From the human T2T-CHM13v2.0 reference genome, Homo sapiens: a DNA stretch of 64,000 nucleotides. The DNA is taken from assembly GCF_009914755.1 (NCBI RefSeq), contig NC_060926.1. One strand, written 5' to 3'. The notes beneath the pieces were generated by a model. That model had not been told where the DNA came from and did no database searches. It was given only the letters and a program-made list of their open reading frames with translations. Below are positions 29,752-42,140 of the stretch, piece by piece (the stretch's first letter is position 1; each line of letters opens with the position of its first letter). A program made the position numbers and the translations under genes.

Positions 29752-29900
29752 AAAAAATTCATGTTTTAATTTGTCCTTTCACCTTTAGACTCAGATTTAG
29801 ACATTGGTGCTCATAAAACTACTCATAAAAAATTCATGTTTTAATTTTTCCTTTCACTGTTAGACTCAGATTTAGACATTGGTGCTCATAAAAACTACTC
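29752..29900. repeat. Tandem duplication of ~75 bp
   Basis: AAAAAATTCATGTTTTAATT...GGTGCTCATAAAACTACTC twice at period 75. Confidence 0.95.
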
Positions 29901-29971
29901 TTCTGGACTATTTCTGCTCAAAATCAGCTCACAGAAAAAAAAGTACAGTATTATTTCAAAGGAGCTCACTG

Positions 29972-30172
29972 TTCTCCCTCCCTCCTTCCCTCCCTTCCTC
30001 CCTCCCTCTCCTTCCTTCCTTCCTTCCCTTCTTCCTTCCTTCCTTCCTTCCCTTCTTTCCTTCCTTCCCTTGAGTCTTCCCTTCCTTCTTCCCTTCCTCC
30101 CTTCCTTCCTCTCTTCCTTCCTTCTTCCTTCCTTCTTCCCTTCCTTCCCTTCCTTCTTTCCTTCCTTCCTTT
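29972..30172. repeat. (CCTT)n-type polypyrimidine tract
   Basis: About 200 nt almost purely C/T. Confidence 0.95.
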
Positions 30173-30555
30173 ATATTTTAAAGCACCATAGGATCAATAG
30201 GTAATTCTGACACTTCAAGAATAGTTCTTCATATCAGTTTTATTCTGATATCTGCTGGGACCAACATTTCAATTTCAGTGGGAGTCTTTTGAAACCTGCT
30301 TACAGATAATCTGTCTGAAGTCTTTGATTTGGAAAAGTGAAAAGGGGAAAGAGAAGTGACTAGGTTTTTTAGAAGTTTTTGAGATCAAAGGATTTGGTTA
30401 ATCCTTTATGATGTTTGCTATAACTTTATAAGTTTGGGTTTGCAAGATTAGTCTCCACAAGTCATTTCCCGCTGCTATTCTACCACTACGTGGATGATGT
30501 TTCCTGGGTTATAGGTTCATGGAGCCCACAAGATCTCTTAGGTTTGGTTAAATTC

Positions 30556-30727
30556 ATCGGTTCTCACCCTGGGCTGCATATTAGAATCACCTGGGGAGGC
30601 TTAACATTTACAGCCACTCAGAACACATCATTAAAGTAATAAAATCATATTCTCTAGGGGTGGGACTAGGAATCCGTACTTTTAAAACTCTCCAGGTTAT
30701 AATGTGCAGCCAGGATTGTGAACCATT
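30556..30727. mobile_element. MER5A-like DNA transposon
   Basis: GGTTCTCA...CTGCATATTAGAATCACCTGGGGAG ... AATGTGCAGCCAGGATTGTGAACCA. Confidence 0.75.
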
Positions 30728-31159
30728 TAGACAACGAAATCAAAGAAAATATAATAACCATCCCCACGGAATTAATCTTTTTTAAAAAACCCCCAAAGCA
30801 TTGAAGTGAACTACTAAAAGCCAGCATACACATTACCTTTAAATAGGATGTATAAATTAGGTTAGATTGTAAAATTCAAAGAAACAGAAAGACCTTTGTA
30901 TAATTAGGTGCCAATTTAATGGAATGGTCTATGTTTTTCAATTATTGTTTGACCTTCTCTAAAATTTTGTGATTTTTCACTCTGATTTCCTCAGTTTTGA
31001 ACAGGTATTATACACTTAGAATCTTTCTGCTTATAGTCAAACATCTTCCTTCTCTGTAAATGCGCACGTATGTTCAAGATCTGCCAGTGAGCTTAAGTGT
31101 CTGCAGGACTTTTTTCTCTGTCACATGGTCAGTTTACTCTCTTATCAGATAATGTTAAC

Positions 31160-32470
<1,311 letters not shown>

Positions 32471-33836
32471 AGAAACTCTTTTCCTATTTTTGCACATGCG
32501 TTTGCATCTGGCTTTTTCCTTCCTAATGCAGGCATATAAAGAAAAATAAAGTTTTCTATTAAGAACTCATATGTACATGTGTGATTCCTGCCTTTGTATT
32601 TTAACTGGAATGAATTCGCAGAGCTCCACAGTCACTTTTCTTAATGTTAATTTTTTGTTCATTGAAAGTAGAAGCCATGTCATTTTCAGGTGATCTACAA
32701 CTTAAGTTTCTTTTTAGTGACAACAAAAATTAAACTGTGACTTGATTGACAAAGGTTGTTTCAATGAAGATTAGGGGATCTATTCTGGGCATGAATTTTT
32801 AAGGAAGAGTACCTTGGGTCCAGAGTCAAATCTTGGTTGATTAATATTGCTGTTCTTTGTTTCCCAGCATGAGGTACTGTTGCAGTCTGAAGTGCTTTGT
32901 AAACCTGAATTGCCTTGTTTAGTAAACAGGATGATGATCTCAGTCCCTTCTGTCTTGGTATATTTCTTATTTACCTTCCCCAGTTAACAGGTCTGTTAAC
33001 ATGTTTTGGGCTTTGGGTTGATCTGTCAATCCTCGACATCAGAAGGACCACGGTGTCTAGTAAAGGCTGGTTCCAAGTAGAAATAATTTACTTTTCATGC
33101 TGACAGTCCAAGAGAAAGATAATATGAGACTTTTGAGAGCAAGCATCTCAAATTGAGGTGAAGTCCCCACTGATCGTCTAACCCACCTGTCTCTTCTGAT
33201 AACACCCCTGTTTATCACAGAGAATGGTTGTCATCGTTAAGAGAGTGGTACGATGACCACAAGGGGACAGTGCATTGTTACAATGAATGCCCCAAGGTTT
33301 GGTCCTTGGACATCTTTTCTTCTCTTTTTACACTCACTCTTCCCTGCAACTCATGGCTTTATATACTATTCATTCATGTGCTGATGACTTTAAATTTATG
33401 TCTCAATCTCAGACCTCTCGCAGAAGTCTAGGCTCATATATTCCACTGTCTTGACGTCTCTACTTGACTGTCCAAAATGCATCTCAATTGTCACAAGTCA
33501 GAAATCAAACTCTTAATCTTCTCCAGCAAACTCACTTCCTCCACATCTTCTCCACCTCAGTAAAGGGCAACTCTGCTCCTCCTGTCACACAGTCTAAAAC
33601 CGAGAAGTCATCCTTGACATGTCTCTTCCTTCTTACTCTACATCCAATTCATCAGCAAGTGCTGATATATTCCTTCAGAATATCCCCAGAGTCCCCCTAA
33701 TTCTCATCACCCTCTCCCCCATCACCACTGCTTGATCCGATCCATCCTCTTACCTGGATTAGTGCTGTCCCCTGCCTGCTTTCACCTTTGTCCTCCTCCC
33801 TTCTATTCCCAACAAAGCAGCTGGAGGATCCTTTTA

Positions 33837-34216
<380 letters not shown>

Positions 34217-34272
34217 TCAAGGGTGTACATACCTTTCCGAACTAATCTCCAACTGCTTCCTCATTTGCTCAT

Positions 34273-34650
34273 TGTATGGCAGGTTGGGTTTTCCAGAAGC
34301 AGACACTGAGAGGGAATTTGTTGTGCTGGATATTTATTAAAGATCAACACTTGTTTGCAGAAGTGGGGTAAGGCAGGATGGGGAAGAGGAGATGTGAACT
34401 TTGAAGTCAGTCCAATAAATCTGGAGGCAGCTCTGCAAGGAGCGTGGGTGCATATATGGTCTTTCAGGGTTGTCGCCCATCAGTCCCAAAGTTACACCTT
34501 TTCAGCCTGTCATCAGCCATGGGATGAGCGATGTCCTGAGAAGAGTGTGACATGGCACGAGGCAGCTCTCTGCAGCTTAGGCACCTCTTGAAGGACCAGA
34601 CCAGTAGATACTGTTGCTGACCACCCTGAGCAGTGCATGCCCATGTCCAC
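34273..34650 (-). mobile_element. LTR16/LTR33-like ERVL LTR
   Basis: GGTTGGGTTTTCCAGAAGCAGACACTGAGA...TATTTATT start. Confidence 0.5.
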
Positions 34651-35737
34651 TGCGTGGTTGGCTTCCTCAAGCAAATCCAGGCCACTCTGCCCCAGGGCCT
34701 TTGCACTTGCTGAAATGTGCTTCCATTAGGTACTCTTCATATGTCTTGCTCCTTCATCTCCTCAGGCCTCTGCTTAAATGCTATTTTTGAATAAAACCTC
34801 CCTCCCCCAACCATCCTATTAACAATGAAGACTGTCCCCTAACACTCATATTCCTAATACCCCTTTCCTTCTTTACTTTTTCCTTAGAATTTATTGCCAT
34901 TTGATATACTGCATATTTAATCTCTGGCTTGTTATTTTCTGTTTCTCCAGGTAGAATGTAGGCCTCAAGAAGGGCTTGTCACATGCTACTACATTTAGTA
35001 AAAGGTGTTTCTGGTATTGGTTTCACGAATTTGGACCTCCTGAAATTTAGAATTGATAATATTTTGAGATGCTTATATTTTCTCCCTAAAAGTAACAAGT
35101 GTCTAAGATAAATAATGTAGAATTATACATTATAAAGAGATTAATGTTTAAACTGTTAAGAAAAGTAAATGTTCTAGAAACACTTACTTGTATCTCCACT
35201 TTGATGTGTTGATTAAAAATAATTCTCTTTTATTAACTAAAGCAAATTTTGCAACTCTTCTTGGTAAATAACCTGGTAAATAATGTGGGCCTCTTGGATG
35301 TTTTTTGTTGTTGTTGGGAAGAAAGATAAATGTATTTAAATTTTTTAATTTATATTTTTCCTTAGTCAAGACAAGTCATTCTATAATTAGTTCTTTGTTT
35401 TCTTGTTGTTTTACCAAACTTAATGTTGTATGGGGACAGGGAGACACCAGCCTGCAGTGTTGGGATGAGCTGAGGCATTTGATGGTGGGCTGTGGCATGC
35501 TGTTTGTTAATATTGTCTTTTTTTCTTTTCTTTTTGCATTTGATACACACAGGAAAAAATAATCAGCAGCTTTGGTTAAACAATTTCAAAATTCCTTTCA
35601 ACTTGGCCCTGATTGTTTTCCTCTTCGAACTTCCCCTCCTTTCATCCACACTCCTTCCTGCTGCTTTCTCCTTAGATGACCCAAACTATTCTGCTCCATA
35701 CCCAAGTCATTCTTTCTAGGGGAAAAAAATACAGTTT

Positions 35738-36500
35738 GGCCAGGCACAGTGGCTCACTCTGCTACTGAAAAGGGGTCCCCATCAGGACCCCAAGGGAGGG
35801 TTCTCGGATCTCCTGTGAGCAAGAATTTGGGATGACTCTACAGAGTAAAGTGAAAGAACGTCTACTAGAGAAGTAAAGAAACAAAAGATTGGCTACTCCA
35901 TAAACAGAGCAGCACTGAGGGCTGGTGGTTGGCTATTTTTATGGTTGTTTCTTGATTACACGCTAAATATGGGGTGGATTGTTCATGAGTTTTCTGGGGT
36001 TTCCTGGAACTGAAGTTTCCTCTTCCTTTCAGACCATATAGGGTAACTTTTGGACATTGCCATGGCATTTGTAAACTGTCATAGTACTGGTGGGAGTGTC
36101 TTTTTAGCATGCCAATGCATTATATTTAGCATATAACGAGCAATGAGAATGACCATGTTGCTTTCGTCACTATCTTGGATTTGGTGGGTTTTGGCTGGAT
36201 TCTTTACCATATCCTGTTTTATCAGCAGGGTCTTTCTGACCTGTATCTTATGATACCAGTCCTGCAATCTCCTATCTCATCCTGTGACTGAGAATGCCTG
36301 ACCTCTTGGGAATGCAACCCAGCAGGTCTCACCCTATTCAAGGTGGGGTCGCTCTGGTTCAAATGGCTCTGACAATGCCTGTAATCCCAGCACTATGGGA
36401 GGCCAAAGTGGGAGAATCATTTGATGACAGGAATTCAAAGACCAGCCTGGGCAACACAGTGGGATCTGGTCTCTATGTTTTATAAATAATAAAAAATAAG
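35738..36500 (+). mobile_element. Alu left monomer (FLAM-like) split by an LTR
   Basis: GGCCAGGCACAGTGGCTC at 35738 continues as ATGCCTGTAATCCCAGCAC at 36375. Confidence 0.88.
35760..36374 (-). mobile_element. MER41-family solo LTR (MER41B-like, ERV1)
   Basis: Minus strand begins TGTCAGAGCCATTTGAACCAGAGCGAC and ends GGACCCCTTTTCAGTAGCA; GAS motif TTCCTGGAA at 36001-36009. Confidence 0.88.
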
Positions 36501-36917
36501 ACTTGAAAAAGAGAAAAAAATCAATTCCGAATGCTTGGAAAACAGCCTTCCTGCTGGTCACCCCTGATTCTGATTGCAAGGTGATTCAGCATGTCTCTGT
36601 CCGTTGCTAATCATGTTATTGCTAGCATGACTTTTTCTATGAACTTTATCAAGAAGATCTTTTAAATATTAAGATGCCTTAAGATTTTCTAACTGGTCCA
36701 ATTCTAGCTACACATCCATTATTAAAAACAAAAATAGAGACAACTTTGGAAGAACCCAGTGCTTTTCCAACAACCCCTCAAAAGACATTGAGTATGGATG
36801 TTGCAACGGGGAACAGGGGAATCCAAGGACCTGAATGCTCTAAATGCTGCCTGTGGCATGGTTTGAAAACCACTGAAATAATTTTTATGTTTCTTTCGTC
36901 TTAATCTGGCAGTCATT

Positions 36918-36938
<21 letters not shown>

Positions 36939-36965
<27 letters not shown>

Positions 36966-36977
36966 GACACACACACA
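36939..36977. repeat. (CA)n microsatellite
   Basis: Read directly. Confidence 0.95.
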
Positions 36978-36992
36978 TTTGAAAGTATGATA

Positions 36993-37349
36993 GGCCTGGG
37001 GCAGTGGCTCATGCTTGTAATCCCAGGACTTTGGGAAGCTGAGGTGGGTGGATCACCTGAGGTCAGGAGTTCGAGACCACTGTGGTCAACATGGCGAAAC
37101 CCCATCTCTACTAAATATACAAAAATAAAAATAAAAATAAAAATTAGCCAGGTGTGGTGGTAGGCACCTGTAATCCCAGCTACTTGAGAGGCTGAGGTAG
37201 GAGAAATGTTTGAACCCAGGAGACGGAGGTTGTGAGGTTGCAGTGAGCTGAGATGGCGCCATTGCACTCCAGCCTGGGAGAAAAGAGCAAAACTCCATCT
37301 AAAAGAAAGAAAAAAAAAAAAAAGAAAGAAAAAAAAGAAAAAAAAAAGC
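36993..37349 (+). mobile_element. AluS
   Basis: Full dimer with an internal GAGGTTG duplication; flanks AAGTATGA. Confidence 0.94.
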
Positions 37350-37807
37350 AAGTATGAGAAAGAATAGAAGGAACTGACTGTAAGCTTTTTAAAAGTCCTG
37401 TTCATTATTGTTCTCTCATCTATGTGGTGCCTGGCACATAAAGGCAGTTAATAAAAGTGCTTACAACACCAAGGCAAATCATCAACACCAGCATTACAGT
37501 CTTTATTTAATGCAATCCTTAGATATCTTTAATATCATGTTACATTAAAATGTTCAGAATTTAAGAAACACAGAAGAACATTTAAACCAAATATGTAACT
37601 AATTTCAAATATGAAAATGTGTAAATATATTATAAAACACAAAGTAAAAATATAATAAAATGTAAATGATAAACATATGTCCATTCTAATTTGAATTATT
37701 AACAGTTAAAACTAATGCAATAAGGTAGCATAAAAAGGGAACCAAAATTACATAAAAAGCAAGAAAATTTATTTTAAAATAAAAAATTAGATGATTAAAA
37801 TATTTTT

Positions 37808-38300
37808 GGAAAGTAACAACTTAAAAAAAAAACAGCAAAGTGTATTAATAGGGTCATCACTGAGTCATTGACAAGTGAATTTTGTGCAAAATTTTCCACC
37901 TGATGAAATGACCCTTTTTGGACCCCATACTAGATAAAGGTGTGGAGAGGAGAAAGTTACGAGTTAACTTCAGATATTTTCTTCTGATTCCTTCAATTTC
38001 AAATAATTCTTTCCTTTTTGTAAATATGTTGAGATCTTTCTGAACTTTTCTTTTTTAGGAAATGCACTGTGTTTTATTTTTACTAAGCTGTAGTTTTGTT
38101 TCAAAGAAGGGTACTCTGGTCTTTGTTTTCGTATGTATAGATGGAGATTCCTCCGCAGAGGGACTCGTATCAATTTTAACACCATCACACTGTATATATT
38201 CTATTTACACAGAGAGTTTTTGATCCAGAATGGGAAATACTCTTACAGTAAGTCTTGTGTTGTTCTTTGTCATTTTTTTCCACTTATGGGGGGAAGAGAA
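37808..38300 (-). pseudogene. Decayed hAT transposase C-terminus (dimerization domain; Blackjack-like)
   Basis: Manual translation with one frameshift: ELFEIEGIRRKYLKLTRNFLLSTPLSSMGS/KRVISSGGKFCTKFTCQ*LSDDPINTLC, resembling hAT (PxTSxxSERxFSxxG...RLS) motif. Confidence 0.7.
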
Positions 38301-38499
38301 GTATGTTTTCTGATTTGTTCAAATTAAAATGTTAATGCTGTATATAACTTTTCAGATATATTTTACATTATAATTTTTAAATTTTTTTAAATTAAAGTTT
38401 TTGGTATCTAACCAACAAAATACCACATTTTGGGTACAAAAATAGCATAGAAATTAAGCATGCCAGATACCAACCACAATCACTAATCAATATGAATTT

Positions 38500-38700
38500 G
38501 TTGCTTGAATTTGGTAAGTGCTTAACCAATAGCCTGGGGCTTTAACTCTCAGAAAATGTTACTTCTATTTTACAGAGGAGAAAAAAAGAGGTTCTCACAA
38601 ATTATGGAATTTTCTAACGGTCATAGAGCTATTAGAGAAAATGGTGCACTTGATGTTGAAACCTGGTTTAGCGTTCTGAGTCCAAGGACTTGTTTTCCTT
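38500..38700 (-). mobile_element. MIR
   Basis: TATTTTACAGAGGAGAAAA...GGTCATAGAGCT...TCTGAGTCCAAG. Confidence 0.55.
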
Positions 38701-39959
38701 GGCAGTGAGGGTGACCCTGTATAAAGTCCCGCTGCCTGTAGGGCAGGTGTTCCCAGTGACTAGGCGTTCCTAATGACTCGCTCTCTTACCAGGAGGCAGT
38801 CACAAACACTTAGAGGAGGGGCTTCACAGGGGTGTCGGGACTCCTTCTTCCTTGGGCTCTCTCCTTCCTTCCCTCTATACCCTCCATTCTTACTGACTTT
38901 ATTATGCCAAATTACTCCAAGTGCTCAAAGCTGAAGACCACTGTCCATTGCCCAAGAGGTTGAAGGTGGGGATCAGTTCTTCTGTGATCAATATTGGCCT
39001 TTCAAATGTCTCAGATGGACCATCTAAATAACAACACTTTATTGTGCTAATAATGTGTCCCCTGTGGCATAACTTTGAGGAGTTACTATGCTAATATCCA
39101 CACACACAGAGACACACACACACACATACGGTGGGGGTGGCAGAGAAAGAAGGGCATAAACCCTGACCTGCCTCACAGCTGACCTTGCTAGTGACCATCT
39201 TTTCCCTTGCTCTTGACCCAGGCTCCTGTAGTTGGCCCATGTGAGTGATGAAACAGCCCAGAAGGCCTTATTCTCCAGATTTTATCAACTAGCACATCTC
39301 TGCATATCACACAGGATTTGAATGAGAAGGCTGCAGGTGTCTAATATTGATTACTGTTTTAAGAGAGATGATAACAGCTTTGGCCAAACAGGCTGGAAAT
39401 TCACATTGCTTAGCTGTCTCTGCAGCTGCATTTATTAGGAGGTGATGCTTGATGCTGCTCCATTCAGTCACTCTTCAATTCGAACCTAAGTCCCTCTGGT
39501 GAGGGAGAAAAAAATTCTCTGGGGTCCATATTTAAGAGATTTTTAAGCCATCGGCCTCTCAGAGACATGCCAGGAAGATTTCTCTCTCTGAATGTAAAGC
39601 CCCACATTTGGGTGCCATGGAGTTTGCAATCCCACTCACTGGGTTCCACGTTGCCTCTGCTTAGTGGGTGCTTGTTTTTAAAAACCAACTTCTCTGTAAG
39701 GCTGAGCATATTAAAGTCTCTAATGCCTTTATTTGAAATAATTTTCCAGATTTCTTTCCTCTGTGACAGGGAGAACTGGAAGCAAGGGGTGCAAGATTCT
39801 GAGGGGAAGGATGTAGTTGAAGTGAGGAAATGCCTGTGAAAAGGGACAAGTGAGAGCACCAAGGGGGGCTTTTTGCCTGCCTCCTGGATTTGCGAAGGGC
39901 CAGTGCTGACCTTTGGGGAGCACCCAGAATGCGCCACTGACTGGGGAGTCATTTGATGT

Positions 39960-40110
39960 ATTGCCAATGAGTTTTTCTTCTTACCAATAGTATCCATTCT
40001 ACAGATGAAGAAATCGATGCTCAGAGACCCTAAGTGATTTCTTTTTCAAGTGACTATGCAGAGTATTCTGGAGCAGAACCAGGCTTGTTAATTGCCTATT
40101 TCAATGCTGT
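39960..40110 (-). mobile_element. MIR
   Basis: CCATTCTACAGATGAAGAAATCGATGCTCAGAGACCCTAAGTGATTT. Confidence 0.65.
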
Positions 40111-42064
40111 CTTCATGATAACACCCTATTCATTATGCTCAATTTATGTGAAGGCATTTTAATGTAATCAGTGGCTTCTATAGATAGGAAAACACCAAAG
40201 CCTGAATCAGATTCCCTAAGAATTAGAAATAATGTTTCTGAGATATCTGGGTTTTAAATCTCAGCATTGGAAGCACCTGAACAGTCATCCAATCCAATCC
40301 AGTCTCCTAGGCAATGTGCAAATCACATTCTGGCCATCACGGACACAGAGCCATTTTTTATGGTTTCAACCCTTCCAGGAATGGACAGCCCACTCCTTTG
40401 TCAGACTGGGAATGATCAGAACCTCTTCATCCTGTGTTTAAAACTGTCTCTCCATAAACTCTTCCAAAGACTCAAGTTCTTCTCTGGGTACTGGTGAAAA
40501 AAGGCAATTAATTTTCCCTCTGATAGTCCTTTAAATATTAACAGAGAGTTACCATGTCTTCTCGTTTTTAAGGTTGAAGGTGCAGAGAACCTTTGATCAC
40601 TCCTTACCTGGGTATTCTCTCAGCTTGGTCACCACTCTGTGGACATATTTTGGTTTTCAACATCCTGCTTAATACATGAAGCAGAACTAAAGGCAAGGAC
40701 AGTAAATGTTGTCCAAACAGCATCTTTACTGGCCGGTATACAGGAGCCATGTCAACAATATTCTCTTCCTGTTCAAACAGAATCTTCCCTTCTGTATGTT
40801 TAAGGTGTTTCTTTTGTACCATGTGAACATACTGATGTATTCACGAATCTCTACATCTGGAAGCCTCGTTGACACAGGCACCGAGCTCCTTTTCTCCTAC
40901 GCTGATTTCTACTGGTCAGTTTCCTCCACCAGCTCACCTGAAGATGCTGTTGATGGTGTCCATTTCAAGAACACTGGTGACCCTGCTAAGGGTGCTTCTT
41001 CTCGGTGTTTCTGAAGCAGTGGTCTCCAGTGGTCTGGGGGCAGGACTGGGCTGTGTGAGAGGATGGTGAGAGAAAAGCTTCTCCTGAGGGTGGGCTACGG
41101 GTTTTCTATTCTGTTGATGTCAGAGTCCCAGAAAGGTTCCCTTCAAAATTGGTTCTCCAGCAATTGGGCTTCACCCTCTAACAAAAAGAGCCTCAGTTCC
41201 AATGAGAGAGGCCATGTAGGGGGGGCTATTAGGCAACCTTCACCCCTGTATCATGTCTTCTCTCTCCCCTTAGCCTCCTTCTTCTTCTCGATCTTCTCTC
41301 TCCTTTCCAATTAGAAAAGAGTAATCAGATTTCAGGGCGGAGGCAGACAGAGGACTTCAGGAATTGACTGCAAAGGGGCAGATGTGTACCGTGATGGGGA
41401 AGTAGTGAGAGAGAAAGGGACAGGGGAGAGGGTGCTGTCCACCCCTACAGTGCTGAAGCCCCTGATCTGCCTGTAAAAGGACAGTGATTATAACTGTTTA
41501 AACATTAAAATAATGCTAATTTAAATAACTATCTCTTAATGTTATTTGGGGGATTAAACTAGTATGTTAAGGACTTTGAACAGTGCCTGGTGTATGACAA
41601 ACTCTCAGAGTTTTCTGGGCAATGATGGTGGTGATCGGCATTATTCCTGGTGCTTTTGAAACAGCAAACTTTGGGGAAAGAAACTTCCAAAACAAAAAAC
41701 ATCCTCAAATTCATATTCTTTCATGGCTGCAATAAACATATAAAGATTGCTATAATTTCTGAAAACTTTTTCTCGGTTTAAAGTTTTCAGTCAGTCTTCT
41801 ATGATTTTCTATTGTGCTTGGTAGGTTTGTTTTACTTCTCCTGGCCACTTATTCCCTAAACAATGCTTCAGTCAAGCTTTGCAAAAATAATAGAATACTC
41901 ACTTGGCTGAATATTCCAACAGACAGAGAAAGAAGATATTTTTCATTTTTAGTAAAAATTCAACTTTCATATTCTTTGTGTGTATTTATTTTCTTTATGC
42001 ATACTTAGATTCAAATTTGAGCCTGTCTCCCATAGGTTTGTAGGAAATAGAATAGTATATATTT

Positions 42065-42140
42065 TGTTAAGACATATATATATATGTCTTAACATATATA
42101 TATGTCTTAACACATATATATATATATACACACACACACA
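42065..42140. repeat. Perfect 30-bp palindrome plus (TA)n/(CA)n
   Basis: TGTTAAGACATATAT|ATATATGTCTTAACA at 42065-42094, right half repeated to 42112. Confidence 0.93.

Noticed and set aside
36917-37405. 162-aa ORF (similarly 3449-4061, 46388-46937, 60543-61013)
   Set aside because: Alu and microsatellite read-through peptides.
37970-38188. 72-aa ORF from the track
   Set aside because: Wrong frame; the transposase-like signal is in a neighbouring interrupted frame.
39853-39872. CTCF-like motif (also near 29138)
   Set aside because: Only partial matches to the core consensus; not supportable without a scan or ChIP data.
39464-39997. 177-aa minus-strand ORF
   Set aside because: No recognisable domain, begins in a MIR, no supporting gene structure; compatible with chance.
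40604-40822. 72-aa ORF as a CDS
   Set aside because: No recognisable homology and its stop lies inside the putative splice donor; kept only as an exon-like finding.
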